A stretch of 64,000 nucleotides of DNA from contig JAFYBZ010000014.1 of assembly GCA_017539905.1 (NCBI GenBank), positions 184,312 to 248,311 on the forward strand, in the 5' to 3' direction. Positions 12,201 to 20,969 of the stretch are shown here, piece after piece. The position numbers and the translations under genes were made by a program. The notes under the pieces are model-generated. The model was not told the origin of the DNA. It saw only the letters and a program-made list of their open reading frames with translations, and ran no database searches. The stretch's first letter is position 1. Every line of letters starts with the position of its first letter. This DNA is from Clostridia bacterium (lineage in GTDB: Bacteria > Bacillota > Clostridia > TANB77 > UBA1234).

Positions 12201-12824
12201 CTTTACAAAGTCTTCTTCTACAAATTGAAATCCATTTCTTTCTTCGTCCCAATTGTTGCCATTAATACTTTTGAATTCTTTCTTAAACTCATCAAACTTA
12301 TTGTTCTTTATTATGTTTCTTTCTATTTCTGCAACAGCAGGATTAGTAGAAAGACCTAATTTCTCATTGAACACTTTTTCAAATACTTCCAATATTGCTT
12401 CTTTATTACCAGTAGCAGAATTATTGTTGGCCTGAGAAGCAATATTAAATAGAATCACATCTGAACTCATTTTTTGAATTTCAGAAATATCTTCCAATAG
12501 AGATTTATCCGAAAACTTGTCTTCGAAATACTCTTTCACACTTTTTCCATTTACTACTTTATTATCAATAATGTAAGATAGCATCTTTAGAAAGTGAGAT
12601 TTTCCGCTTCCAAAGAACCCAGAAATCCAAACGCCAACATTATGGCTATGATCTTTAATGCCTTCTTTATAATTTGTAAAAAACAATTTGAATCGTTTTT
12701 CCATTTCTTCTGTAACAACATATTCTTCTAATTCTTGAACTATGTTTTTCTCGTCTTCAACCGTAATTGCTGCTTTTATAGGTCTGTTAATATCCTTATA
12801 AAATATATTCCCCAATTTTTCCAT
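9270..12824 (-). CDS. brxC: BREX-1 ATPase BrxC/PglY
   Basis: 1184 aa. N-terminal P-loop GFFGSGKSHFLK. Size and position are typical of BrxC. Confidence 0.85.
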   Translation of the reverse strand: MEKLGNIFYKDINRPIKAAITVEDEKNIVQELEEYVVTEEMEKRFKLFFTNYKEGIKDHSHNVGVWISGFFGSGKSHFLKMLSYIIDNKVVNGKSVKEYFEDKFSDKSLLEDISEIQKMSSDVILFNIASQANNNSATGNKEAILEVFEKVFNEKLGLSTNPAVAEIERNIIKNNKFDEFKKEFKSINGNNWDEERNGFQFVEEDFVKAYSKVMNVNEDYAKELMDKTERNYSISIRDFAERVNEYIKSKGGNHQVVFLVDEVSLYIGNDDKLVLDLQTIVEDLGDICQGNAWVIATAQQAIDVVIKNVHGLTMSKMLGRFHTRIDISSTNIDEIIKERLLKKKDAIDESLRALYSDKHAIIKNLLFFKGGQHQREYEDNEDFARTYPMIPYQFPLLQDIFESIRDKGFAGISLAGSERTLISAVQEAVKTCADEDLGAFIPLYVFYNTAERELSIKVRNVINSAEKLKKSGHLEELDVNVLKTLFLLKNIKTLPSNIDNITALFVSSIDEDKLVLRENITNALKRLERQTLIQKNGDVYTFLTDDEQEVNREIKNKEIDREAMTDYLKKIILDDFYNDSKMMYKNQPFVITKAIDDYLYTNETDIGFKIRTLAPDEDDKALYFEDDKYAIIKLILNNEVLSDMKYKLQIEKYLQEQKKNTLSDELNVIISTKSIEMRNLEATVKDYIKNALENSEIIIGGNKYESIKSKDIKTRINEALAIVISNKYTKLAFIQKNYTKEDIKALLQDKKLQTKIANIEEFPNQKAYDEIAEYIKYKNSDIASLTIRTILQDFEKVPYGYLEDDILYLLAKALKDGYINLVYGNEIQIPAATETVNKLTNRSYFDRTTVRLRTKIDQKLLDGLKSISRKYFNKTDIGEDEDQMVEGFKNCLNDQIKSINNVVFAKGYYGRYSTYEYPAKEAVNSVYTCLNGLLDIKYNQDFFEEVNGKEEFFKENMPKLEKALEFFDEQNNQREIFDNARSALNVYDKNQQYIGKNKEIDDIANEMKAIMQSEEPYSDIFKLPTLKGKLVDSLTAIYDERCQPIIDEANDAIQYIQKEAAVAKLDNGITEKFAKREQAVIDELKTSNELVIILAQKTLISNIKEEFDIRLELEKAKLQEPEQPTEPGDPAPVPTPRKVVRVGKLINHSFEIDSEEDIDKYVEEIRAKLKEELATNGKLTIKEG

Positions 12825-12836
12825 CTTAATTCTCCT

Positions 12837-13409
12837 CTACTTTTTATATACTAATTGAATTGCTTTATAATAATCATTTGGCTTTAGTTTATTAAATAGT
12901 CTTAATCCGTTTTCATCATAGCCTCCCGGGTACAACAATAAAACAGGATTTTCATCAACTACTTTTTCAAGATTACTTAGTATAGTATGTGCTCTAACAA
13001 CGCCAAAGCATTTTCCTATACCTTTTAATACTAGTATCTCATCTTTTTTCAAGTCTTTTGTAATTTCATTAAGTAATAGATCTCTAGACGATCCTACGCC
13101 AATAGTACTTGTTATAACGCCATTGGTATAATCAATACCTTTTTCTTTTTCCATTTTGTATACTTTTTCTAGATATCCTTTTTCTTTAAGAATATTAATT
13201 ATGCAGTCATAAACATCAACTATTCTTAAGTGAAAATCATCTTTTACATTTAGATATGTTTCAAAATAATTGTAGACTTTTTCTTCATCTTCAGGATCAT
13301 AATCAAAAATGAAAAATTTTAATCCGTTACCTAAGCTCTGCGTTTCACTTAATTTTTTGGTTTTAAGTTTGTCATAAACTTCTTGAAGTCTATTTTCTAT
13401 AGTCCTCAT
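12837..13409 (-). CDS. brxB: BREX protein BrxB (DUF1788-like)
   Basis: 190 aa. Its start overlaps the brxA stop by 4 nt. Size and position in the BREX operon fit BrxB. Confidence 0.65.
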   Translation of the reverse strand: MRTIENRLQEVYDKLKTKKLSETQSLGNGLKFFIFDYDPEDEEKVYNYFETYLNVKDDFHLRIVDVYDCIINILKEKGYLEKVYKMEKEKGIDYTNGVITSTIGVGSSRDLLLNEITKDLKKDEILVLKGIGKCFGVVRAHTILSNLEKVVDENPVLLLYPGGYDENGLRLFNKLKPNDYYKAIQLVYKK

Positions 13410-14002
13410 CTTAAACCTCCTATCGCTTTTAAGTAGTCTTCATCATTATGCTTCTTTAATAAATCAATATATTCTTCTGTTAATAAAGGTCTTATAATTA
13501 AATATGAATCTTTTTGATATTTAACAAGTCCCGCATCTTTCAAAATCTTTATAAGAACTTGCCTTAATTTATATCTAGTACTGTCGGTACACTTACTTAA
13601 CGTAGGGCTGTTATCGCACTTCTCCTTTATCCAGCCATTAATGTCATAGTCATATATTAAGTCAGATCCTATAAGAATTTTTTCTTTATAAATATCATTA
13701 ACAAAATCGTTAACTAACTTGTTTGTCTTCATAATTATATATAGAAGAATAATTTTGCTTGTATCTACATCACTATTTACGAAATCATATAGAATTTCAT
13801 CATCCATAGCTTGTAACCTATTAAAGATTCCAGAGTTAACTCTCAAAATGCTACTTTTTGTTTTATGCATTATTAAATTTTCATCTACATTTCGTTTTCG
13901 TAGCTCATTAATGTCTTCACCCTGTATTAAGTATTTCGCCAAAATCTTGGTTTCATTATATAAAAACGGCTCACCCGTAAGTCTTGCACTATAATCTTCC
14001 AT
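13406..14002 (-). CDS. brxA: BREX protein BrxA (DUF1819-like)
   Basis: First gene of the operon. Start re-called at MEDYSARL after AAAGGAGAAAACA, by frame arithmetic from the ORF track. The track's longer N-terminus lacks an RBS. Confidence 0.6.
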   Translation of the reverse strand: MEDYSARLTGEPFLYNETKILAKYLIQGEDINELRKRNVDENLIMHKTKSSILRVNSGIFNRLQAMDDEILYDFVNSDVDTSKIILLYIIMKTNKLVNDFVNDIYKEKILIGSDLIYDYDINGWIKEKCDNSPTLSKCTDSTRYKLRQVLIKILKDAGLVKYQKDSYLIIRPLLTEEYIDLLKKHNDEDYLKAIGGLR

Positions 14003-14138
14003 TGTTTTCTCCTTTCGTAACGATATCATGATAACATATTTTATGTACTTTTTCAACGCAAATTACAAAAATTTGCAAAAAAAGTGTATATTTTAAAAAA
14101 TCTTTGCAAAAAGTTGCTTGAAACACAAACTCATGTTC

Positions 14139-14897
14139 TCATTTTCTAATTCGCTTATTCACACATCTCCCCACCAACATCCCCATCAGCTCCTTCACCT
14201 TCTCAAAACCTTCCGTTTTTTCGCCGGTTTCTTCATTCATATACACCTTTTTATTGATCTCTATCATTATAGATTTCACCCTTTTATCTTTGGTCTTATA
14301 ATACTTGTTCGGTATTATAGCTCCTGCAAATGGGTAATTCTCCTTGCAAGTTAATCCATACTCTTTTGCTAATTCTTTAAATCTTTCTATATATGCTTTA
14401 TCGCAAAAGTCTTCTTCATAACCAATACATATGTCTGGATATGGTCCTTTGTTTCCTATCATATCTGCCCACTTTTCAGAAAAACTATGACCATCAATTA
14501 CTATGCATTCTCCTCTTTCTTCTATTATTCTTTCAGCAAAAGAATCTAGCAAAGCATGATGCAAATCATACACCGCTTCTATTATCTTATTCTTATATGC
14601 ATCATCTAGTTTTATCAAATCTTTACCATCCGTTGTTTTAGTATATACTGCTCCCATACCTATTTTGCTCATTACTTCATCTTCATCATTTTTAAATCTT
14701 TCTACATCGCAAATTAGTCTAGAGTATTCACATTTCAAATTGATACAATTCTTGTTTTCAAATATTTCATCTGTATAATAATCTGTCAAAATATTTAGTT
14801 GCTCCTGCAATTCTTCGTGGCTTATCAGCAACCTGTCAAAAAACTCATTTGTAAGCTTAGTAGAACTATGTGGAATATTAATTAAAACTTTTTTCAT
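14139..14897 (-). CDS. N-formylglutamate amidohydrolase family protein
   Basis: Start at MKKVLINIPHSS after AGGGAGG. Motifs INIPHSS and VIDGHSF are characteristic of the FGase family. Confidence 0.65.
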   Translation of the reverse strand: MKKVLINIPHSSTKLTNEFFDRLLISHEELQEQLNILTDYYTDEIFENKNCINLKCEYSRLICDVERFKNDEDEVMSKIGMGAVYTKTTDGKDLIKLDDAYKNKIIEAVYDLHHALLDSFAERIIEERGECIVIDGHSFSEKWADMIGNKGPYPDICIGYEEDFCDKAYIERFKELAKEYGLTCKENYPFAGAIIPNKYYKTKDKRVKSIMIEINKKVYMNEETGEKTEGFEKVKELMGMLVGRCVNKRIRK

Positions 14898-15100
14898 ATA
14901 AAAACCTCCCTTTGTTTCCACAAAGAGAGGCATAAAAATAACTCCCATCGTTTGATGGGAGTTGAATTTAAAATGAATACTGAACAATCCCATCATTCAA
15001 GCTTTAGCACCTTGCCTTTTGGCAGGTTGCTGAAGGGTCGTCGAGCTTGTCTCTCGCCTTCTCTTTATGGTGAGCTTATTATATCATATATTAATATTAA
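14898..15100 (-). promoter_or_regulatory. Leader of the FGase gene: promoter TTGAAT-17-TATAAT followed by a candidate attenuator with mutually exclusive antiterminator and terminator
   Basis: On the minus strand, three segments occur in order: ATGATGGGA, then 26 nt, then CTCCCATCA, then AAC, then GATGGGAG followed by a U-run. Segment 2 can pair with either segment 1 or segment 3, with 8 bp each. Confidence 0.4.
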
Positions 15101-15102
15101 AT

Positions 15103-15972
15103 TCAATCATCTAATTTATAATAATCTTCAAAATTCATAGCATATGGATCACCAATATATATATCATTCAAAAATCCTTGAGCGTTGTATTTTAAAGCAA
15201 CAGCCATTCCAACTTTTTCTCCATCTTCTTTTATCTGTTCAACCACAATTCCTATTGAATCGCCAGGCTGTGGTAGTCTTACTATGGTATTTTTATCTAT
15301 ACTTCCATTTGGTAATTGTAAGCTAGCGACTTTAAATTCAAACCAATCGCCAATATATTTGATTAGAAAATAACTTATTTCTGTATTCTTGATTGATTCA
15401 GATTTTTCTTTATAATACTTCATTATTTCTTGCTTAGAATTATATTTATTGCCACTAAAGAAAGAACACCACTTACAATCTTCTGCTAAGTATTTTTCTA
15501 AAATTGAGAAATCCTTTGTTTCATAACAAGTACCCAATATTTGAGGAATAAACTCAAACATTTCTTCTTTAGTCAAATTCTTTTCAATATCAAGATTAAT
15601 ATCTTCAAAACCAACAAAATTAGCATAATACCCTTCTGGGTCATGCTTTATTAAAAGTTCCTTATCAAATCTCTCAGGATTAGCCGCTCCTAATCCAACT
15701 GATGCATACAAAGGAACTGCATTAAATTTTCTAGCAAACCTCAACATGTCAAAAGTCCTTCTTGTCGAATATTTAGGCTGCTTTCTAACCTCATCGACAT
15801 CTATTATTATTCCGTATAATGTTCCATCTTTTGAAGCTACTATATTAGGATAAGTATTGCAACTGCTGTTCACTCCTTCAATAGTATAGTTTTCTTTTTC
15901 CAAATATTTTACTATTGTATCGGTTGCAACATTCCACATGTCTTGTTTACTCATTAGATTTGATTCATCCAT
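15103..15972 (-). CDS. hypothetical protein (289 aa)
   Basis: Long ORF. A terminator hairpin follows at 14940-14963. No family recognised. Confidence 0.55.
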   Translation of the reverse strand: MDESNLMSKQDMWNVATDTIVKYLEKENYTIEGVNSSCNTYPNIVASKDGTLYGIIIDVDEVRKQPKYSTRRTFDMLRFARKFNAVPLYASVGLGAANPERFDKELLIKHDPEGYYANFVGFEDINLDIEKNLTKEEMFEFIPQILGTCYETKDFSILEKYLAEDCKWCSFFSGNKYNSKQEIMKYYKEKSESIKNTEISYFLIKYIGDWFEFKVASLQLPNGSIDKNTIVRLPQPGDSIGIVVEQIKEDGEKVGMAVALKYNAQGFLNDIYIGDPYAMNFEDYYKLDD

Positions 15973-16021
15973 AATTTTTCCTCCTATGATTTTGGGTACA
16001 GGTCCAAAAAATAATTATAAT

Positions 16022-16243
16022 CTAATCTTCTATAATGCCGTCATAGTCATCCTCATCAGTATCAATTTCTTCATCGCAATTAGAACATACCCAAGTATCA
16101 TCCCAATACATAGTACCACCACAATTAGGACATACTTTATAAGGTCTTTCGCCATATTCTTCTATTAATTCCCCTGAACAATAAGGACATTTACTATATT
16201 CTGATTCATCATAAATTTTGTTACACTCAGGACACATTTGCAT
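16022..16243 (-). CDS. small zinc-ribbon protein with acidic C-terminus
   Basis: CPECN...CPYCSG...CPNCGG...CSNCDEE. Four CxxC pairs. Confidence 0.55.
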   Translation of the reverse strand: MQMCPECNKIYDESEYSKCPYCSGELIEEYGERPYKVCPNCGGTMYWDDTWVCSNCDEEIDTDEDDYDGIIED

Positions 16244-16261
16244 AAATTAATCACTCCTTAA

Positions 16262-16432
16262 TTAAAAATTCTTAGATAATTCTAAATTACCAACTTTCAT
16301 ACCATAGCCGTTTTTCATAGCAAAAAATCCTAATGCTACAATACCTACAACAACTATTGCTACATTTTTAGTATTTTTAACTACCTCTACTATATTGCTA
16401 CCTACAACAGTCAATTGATTCATCTCTCCCAT
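16262..16432 (-). CDS. small hydrophobic protein (56 aa), below the ORF-track size cut-off
   Basis: GAAAGGAG RBS then MGEMNQLTVVGSNIVEVVKNTKNVAIVVVGIVALGFFAMKNGYGMKVGNLELSKNF. Hand-translated. Confidence 0.35.
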   Translation of the reverse strand: MGEMNQLTVVGSNIVEVVKNTKNVAIVVVGIVALGFFAMKNGYGMKVGNLELSKNF

Positions 16433-16446
16433 TTTAAAACTCCTTT

Positions 16447-16932
16447 CTACAACTTTTTAATTCCCTTAAATCCGATTATTCCAATAACGATTGCTCCAAC
16501 AGTAATACCTGCCACTTTTAAAATATCCAAAAAATCTTTACTTGCCTCTTCTCTTGTACTGGTATTATTTATAATCGCTGATGCAAATGCATTGGCTTTT
16601 CGTAGAACAATTTCTCTATCATTATCACTATAATTTTGAGGGTTATCTACAATCATTTCTAAAACCCATGCTAATATATCATCTACTCCTTCTTCTTTTT
16701 TATTTTTTTTCCTATCCATATTTGCATATGGATATGCGATTAATTCTTTTAAAACAAATCTCATAGCTATATATTGTGTTTTACTTAACTTACTCTTATT
16801 ATTTTCTATATTGCTCATAGTTTGCCTAGTTATACCTACTTTATTTGCAAATTCTTCAGCAGTCCAACCAGCAAGTTTTCTAATTAAAACTATATTTTTT
16901 TGAAATCTTTGAATTTCAGCTTCTTCTCCCAT
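16447..16932 (-). CDS. XRE-family HTH transcriptional regulator with C-terminal transmembrane segment
   Basis: AEEFANKVGITRQTMSNIENN is the HTH. The hydrophobic tail is GITVGAIVIGIIGF. Start at MGEEAEIQ after AGAGGTGA. Confidence 0.65.
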   Translation of the reverse strand: MGEEAEIQRFQKNIVLIRKLAGWTAEEFANKVGITRQTMSNIENNKSKLSKTQYIAMRFVLKELIAYPYANMDRKKNKKEEGVDDILAWVLEMIVDNPQNYSDNDREIVLRKANAFASAIINNTSTREEASKDFLDILKVAGITVGAIVIGIIGFKGIKKL

Positions 16933-17116
16933 TTCGATCACCTCTATTGGCATTATAACATATTTTTTGACGAATGTAAATATTTTTTGTCATTAATGTT
17001 AATTTTTTTACATTTAATTTGGAAATAGTATTAAAAAAAGTTGCTTAATTTAGCAACTTTTCTCTTTTCTTTATTCAATTTTACCTTGCTAACCACTTAG
17101 CTTAAGGCTATTTTGA

Positions 17117-17152
17117 GCTTGTTTTTTGGGACAGGTACGAAAAACATTTTTC
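17117..17152. repeat. REP-like palindromic repeat copy 1 (GCTTGTTTTTTGGGACAGGTACGAAAAACATTTTT)
   Basis: Shares the GGGACA..GT(C)C core. Near-identical to copy 2 at 18733. Confidence 0.65.
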
Positions 17153-17188
17153 TTCTTTTAATATACCCATAATTTCGCCTTTTGTCTA

Positions 17189-18118
17189 TTATTTCGAACA
17201 ATGTCTTGGTCTCTTGCTTTTCTTCTTTTCTCCCTTCTTCTCTGTCATTCCTTTTACCACCTTTTTAATATCTCTTACTTTAATCTCAAATCCAAAATCT
17301 ATATCTTCTCGTGGGTAAAATAAAACGTCTGCTCGTAACAAATCTTTTAATTTATATATGTGATAATCATAAAAACCTTTTGCTTCGTCATAAGCTTCAA
17401 AAAGACCTAAGCATTCATCGTCATCTTCATCTTTGAAGTCACTTCCTAAATATCCTACTTTTTTCTTTCCATCCAAAAATTCAATTTTTGCTTTTTGGCC
17501 TGCTACTTTATGAAGTCCTTCTTCATCCATAAATAGTAAATCTTCATCATAATTATCAAAATACACATGAAGTTCTTTTACTTTTTCTTCAGGAACTTCT
17601 GGCATAAATTCCGCCTTAAATAACTCTAATAATTTTTCTGTTTTAGAATCTTTTGTTTTCTTAACAAGATAACCTAAGTAATCGGCATCTGCAAAAGTCA
17701 TATGAAGCCCTACATCTATATCATCTTCGTCTTCAAGTTCTTTTATAGAATATGGAAGATTCAAATCATCTAATTCTTTTCGTTGCTTTTTGGTTAATTT
17801 TACTTTTTCTTTTAAAATAGGTCTTTCATATGGAATTGGATCACCATTAATTACATAGGCTTGCCTAATTAAATCTTTTGCATCATGTTCATCATCGTTG
17901 GTGATATATTCCATTAAATGTATTATATCAATGAAACAATCTCCTAATATGTTAAATATTTGATTCATCTCTTCTTCTGTTAAACAGCTTTTTTGCAAAT
18001 AATTTTCTAAATCATGTTTTAGTTTTGTTTGAAACTCTAGTTCCATTTCTTTTATATTTAACCATTTCATAATATGGTATTTGGTAGATTCCGACATTTT
18101 TAATGTGATTTTTTTCAT
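17189..18118 (-). CDS. hypothetical acidic protein (309 aa)
   Basis: ORF with GGGAG RBS. Translationally coupled to the upstream gene. No family recognised. Confidence 0.55.
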   Translation of the reverse strand: MKKITLKMSESTKYHIMKWLNIKEMELEFQTKLKHDLENYLQKSCLTEEEMNQIFNILGDCFIDIIHLMEYITNDDEHDAKDLIRQAYVINGDPIPYERPILKEKVKLTKKQRKELDDLNLPYSIKELEDEDDIDVGLHMTFADADYLGYLVKKTKDSKTEKLLELFKAEFMPEVPEEKVKELHVYFDNYDEDLLFMDEEGLHKVAGQKAKIEFLDGKKKVGYLGSDFKDEDDDECLGLFEAYDEAKGFYDYHIYKLKDLLRADVLFYPREDIDFGFEIKVRDIKKVVKGMTEKKGEKKKSKRPRHCSK

Positions 18119-18119
18119 T

Positions 18120-18698
18120 TTAACAACTCCCTATTATTACATATAGTGTTTTTTTATTTTTCTTGCAAAAGAAACTATACTCGGCGACTATGGTATCTTC
18201 ATCTATTTCATCAAATTCAATAGGCAGAACCACTTCTCTATTTTGATCTATTACACCCCATTTGTTGTTTTTACAAACTATATATTTCTTGTCGCTTTCA
18301 TCACTTCCAATTTTCCACACTGCTTTTATATGTTCATATTCAAAAGGAATTATTTCGTTTCCTTTTAAATCTATTACTCCACACTTTTGATTATTTGATT
18401 TATATACACCATGTTCTTTTTTCCACAAGTCGCCTTTATATACAACAAATGAGTCAAAATATGCATATCTTGGCTCATATAAAAACTGTGGTTTAAAAAT
18501 GATTTTATTTGTTTTGTTACTTTTTATTCCCCAGATACCTGGGTTCTCAGCTATGGCATTTCCAAAGTGTAATTTATCAAAAACAGCATTATCTTGGTCA
18601 ATATTTTCAACCAATTCATTAATCCCGCAATATTTTAAAGTAAACGATTTAAAATCAAACTTCCATTTTTTAAAAGATTTTTTTGTTTTGGTTTTCAT
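18120..18698 (-). CDS. WG-repeat-containing hypothetical protein
   Basis: Repeated KWGVID/...IPFEY motifs. Start re-called at MKTKTKK after GAGGAGG. The track's N-terminus (NVFWTCPKK) is translation of a repeat copy. Confidence 0.55.
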   Translation of the reverse strand: MKTKTKKSFKKWKFDFKSFTLKYCGINELVENIDQDNAVFDKLHFGNAIAENPGIWGIKSNKTNKIIFKPQFLYEPRYAYFDSFVVYKGDLWKKEHGVYKSNNQKCGVIDLKGNEIIPFEYEHIKAVWKIGSDESDKKYIVCKNNKWGVIDQNREVVLPIEFDEIDEDTIVAEYSFFCKKNKKTLYVIIGSC

Positions 18699-18732
18699 TA
18701 AGATTCCTCCTCTTTTTTCGTGTTTTTTTGTG

Positions 18733-18768
18733 GCTTGTTTTTTGGGGCAGGTCCAAAAAACATTTTTT
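18733..18768. repeat. REP-like repeat copy 2 (GCTTGTTTTTTGGGGCAGGTCCAAAAAACATTTTTT), in the 5' leader of the 18698 gene
   Basis: Read directly. Lies 35 nt upstream of the start codon. Confidence 0.65.
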
Positions 18769-19036
18769 ATTCCGCACAACAACGGCTTCCAAGAACCTCA
18801 ATCTTCACATCATACAAATTGCCTGTCACTTTCAACAAAGCGAGTTCCATTAATTTTTTATATCGTTTTTCTATAACACGTTTTTGATATAGTGAACTTG
18901 CTTCAAAATAAAAATTATCTTCATCTATAAGTAATGGTTTTAACTTCTTTAACCAACAATCAATTTCAACACATTCATTTTCTTGTTCCATAAGTTCTTT
19001 TGCCAACAACCAATCTAAAACTAATTCTTTATTCAT
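18767..19036 (-). CDS. hypothetical protein (89 aa)
   Basis: ORF; long 5' untranslated region upstream. Confidence 0.45.
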   Translation of the reverse strand: MNKELVLDWLLAKELMEQENECVEIDCWLKKLKPLLIDEDNFYFEASSLYQKRVIEKRYKKLMELALLKVTGNLYDVKIEVLGSRCCAE

Positions 19037-19280
19037 AATTATCTCCTCCTTTTTTTTAAAATGAGTTTTTATAGCTATATTTTTAACTCACTTAAAATTT
19101 TATCATCTCAAAGAAGGAATTTTAAAGCGAACAAAACCTTAAATTAAAATTTCAATCGTAAAGACTATATGTTAAATTCGTATGTAAACCTACAATTATT
19201 TTTGCTCATTTTTGTGCTCATAAAAAATGTGTATATTGAATATGTGAAGCAAAAAACTGTAATAATAATTTAATAATCAA

Positions 19281-19309
19281 AAAAGAGGCAACATAAGTTG
19301 CCTCTTTTT
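19281..19309. terminator. bidirectional rho-independent terminator AAAAGAGGCAAC-ataa-GTTGCCTCTTTTT
   Basis: 11-bp GC-containing stem flanked by A and T runs. Confidence 0.5.
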
Positions 19310-19310
19310 A

Positions 19311-19344
19311 ACTTGTTTCTTGGGACAGCTCCCAAAATTTTTTT
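19311..19344. repeat. REP-like repeat copy 3 (ACTTGTTTCTTGGGACAGCTCCCAAAATTTTTTTC)
   Basis: Core GGGACAGCTCCC is a perfect palindrome. Abuts the stop codon of the 19345 gene. Confidence 0.6.
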
Positions 19345-19917
19345 CTACTTTATTTCAAACCTTAAAAACTCACCATTTTTAAGCTTTGGTGTAACACTTA
19401 AGTCTGTCATCGTTTCAAGAGGAATCTTATTAAAGTAGATATACATTGGGACTAGTACTCCACCATGGGATACTATAAGAATTCTTTTCTCATGATATTT
19501 TTCAATTATCTCATCAAGAAAATCGTATATCCTTTTTGCAAATTCTTGGAATGGTTCGATTCCATTATAACCAACATTTCTTTTATAATTCCATATATCA
19601 GTTATTTCAGGATGCTCTAGTTCAAGTTCACGAATTTCTGGTTTGGTAAGTCCTTCACTATTTCCAAAACTTCTCTCCATTAGTCTTGCATCTTCTATTA
19701 TTGGAATATTAAGCGCTTGGTTAATAATATCGGCTGTCTCTCGTGCTCTTTTTAAAGGCGAGGAAATTATTAAATCAAACTTTTCTCCTTTAATAGAATC
19801 TTTAATAGCTCCTGCTTGTTCTCTTCCAGTATCATTTAATTCAATGTCTTTTTGTCCTTGAATTCGATTCTCTGCATTCCAATTAGTTTGTCCATGTCTA
19901 GTAGCCAAAACATACAT
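19345..19917 (-). CDS. histidine phosphatase (phosphoglycerate-mutase-like) family protein
   Basis: MYVLATRHGQTNWN carries the RHGxTxWN catalytic motif. Start after AAAGAGGTGA. The track's N-terminus is repeat translation. Confidence 0.7.
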   Translation of the reverse strand: MYVLATRHGQTNWNAENRIQGQKDIELNDTGREQAGAIKDSIKGEKFDLIISSPLKRARETADIINQALNIPIIEDARLMERSFGNSEGLTKPEIRELELEHPEITDIWNYKRNVGYNGIEPFQEFAKRIYDFLDEIIEKYHEKRILIVSHGGVLVPMYIYFNKIPLETMTDLSVTPKLKNGEFLRFEIK

Positions 19918-19934
19918 ATTAAGTTCACCTCTTT

Positions 19935-19968
19935 CATGTTTTTTGGGACAGGTCCAAAAGCCATTTTC
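19935..19968. repeat. REP-like repeat copy 4 (CATGTTTTTTGGGACAGGTCCAAAAGCCATTTTC) in the 5' UTR
   Basis: About 18 nt upstream of the RBS of the 19917 gene. A putative promoter (TTGCCA-18-TATAGT) lies further upstream. Confidence 0.65.
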
Positions 19969-20143
19969 TCTATTTCTCCTCATTTATTATCTTCACAATT
20001 TCTTTACTATAATAATTTGCTTTTACTTTTGGCAATATATTATATACTTCTACTTGTGTTTTTGGTTTTATTGATATTAGTTTTTCTAGTTATTCATCGT
20101 TAAATATATAATATGGTGGTTTTCTCCTCCCATATTTTAAATT

Positions 20144-20941
20144 CTAAATTCCATAATAACATGCAATTACATGGACCTTACCATCTTTTATTTCAAATCC
20201 ACCCTCAGACATATCTTTAGCATCTATGCGCAATTCTCCTTCAAATGAAGGCGAGCTATTGTAATACGCTTCAACTGTTTTCTCAACCGGAACAAGGTTA
20301 TCATATGTCCCATAAAAATCCTCATAATCTAATGAAATAATATCATCTGGATATAATTCTATTTTTATTGCATCTTTTTCATTAATTGTTGTCACTTCAA
20401 ATGAGTCTATTACTACACCAGCATAACTCCTATATCTTGGATAAATAAATCCATCATTTTCCTCTCTCAAATATACAGGAGAAGCATAGTCATTTTTTAT
20501 TAAATCCATAAACATAGGAAATCCATTTTTATCAACCCATTCCCCTTCCTTTGCTACTTTCCAATCATCACTAAGGTATGCTTCATTCATTCTTTCGGGA
20601 TCAGGATTTTGTGTATAAATTACAAACCTGCCACCATCTAATAATGGAATCTCGTACTCAGATAGATTTTTCTCCTTTATAGTATTTATCCATGAATCAA
20701 TTTCTTCTTTGGTAAGACGATACATTCCTGATGAGTCAGCAACTAGTTCATAGTGAGCTTCATCAATTTTGTTTAGTCTTATATTTGTATAATGCTTTTT
20801 TGTTCTATCTCCACTATTTTCTTGAAGTTGATCATAATATATTTGAGTTCTCTCTTCGAAAGTTTTATTGACAACTTCTGTATTGTTGCTCAAAATAACA
20901 AGCATTGCAACTAATATTACTATTGAAATATATTTTCCCAT
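20144..20941 (-). CDS. secreted or membrane-anchored hypothetical protein (265 aa)
   Basis: N-terminal hydrophobic segment. GGAGG RBS. Confidence 0.55.
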   Translation of the reverse strand: MGKYISIVILVAMLVILSNNTEVVNKTFEERTQIYYDQLQENSGDRTKKHYTNIRLNKIDEAHYELVADSSGMYRLTKEEIDSWINTIKEKNLSEYEIPLLDGGRFVIYTQNPDPERMNEAYLSDDWKVAKEGEWVDKNGFPMFMDLIKNDYASPVYLREENDGFIYPRYRSYAGVVIDSFEVTTINEKDAIKIELYPDDIISLDYEDFYGTYDNLVPVEKTVEAYYNSSPSFEGELRIDAKDMSEGGFEIKDGKVHVIACYYGI

Positions 20942-20969
20942 TCTTTATTTCCTCCAATTAATAATTATT

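Noticed and set aside
14072-14110. Two TTTGCAAA palindromic octamers upstream of brxA as a BREX operator
   Set aside because: An 8-bp AT-rich palindrome occurring twice in AT-rich intergenic DNA is weak evidence. It is mentioned under the BREX finding and not called as a feature.
18699-18782. N-terminal extensions of ORFs through repeat copies (for example MLCGIKNVFWTCPKK, MRRNRENGFWTCPKKHERG, MLKRKILIG...KSWKKVSVPKFQGKKW, MEKSKCPQKAEGEK, MEKWTCPKK)
   Set aside because: The recurrent FWTCPKK and KSWKKVSVPK peptides are the same repeat read in frame. Good RBS and start codons lie just downstream in each case.
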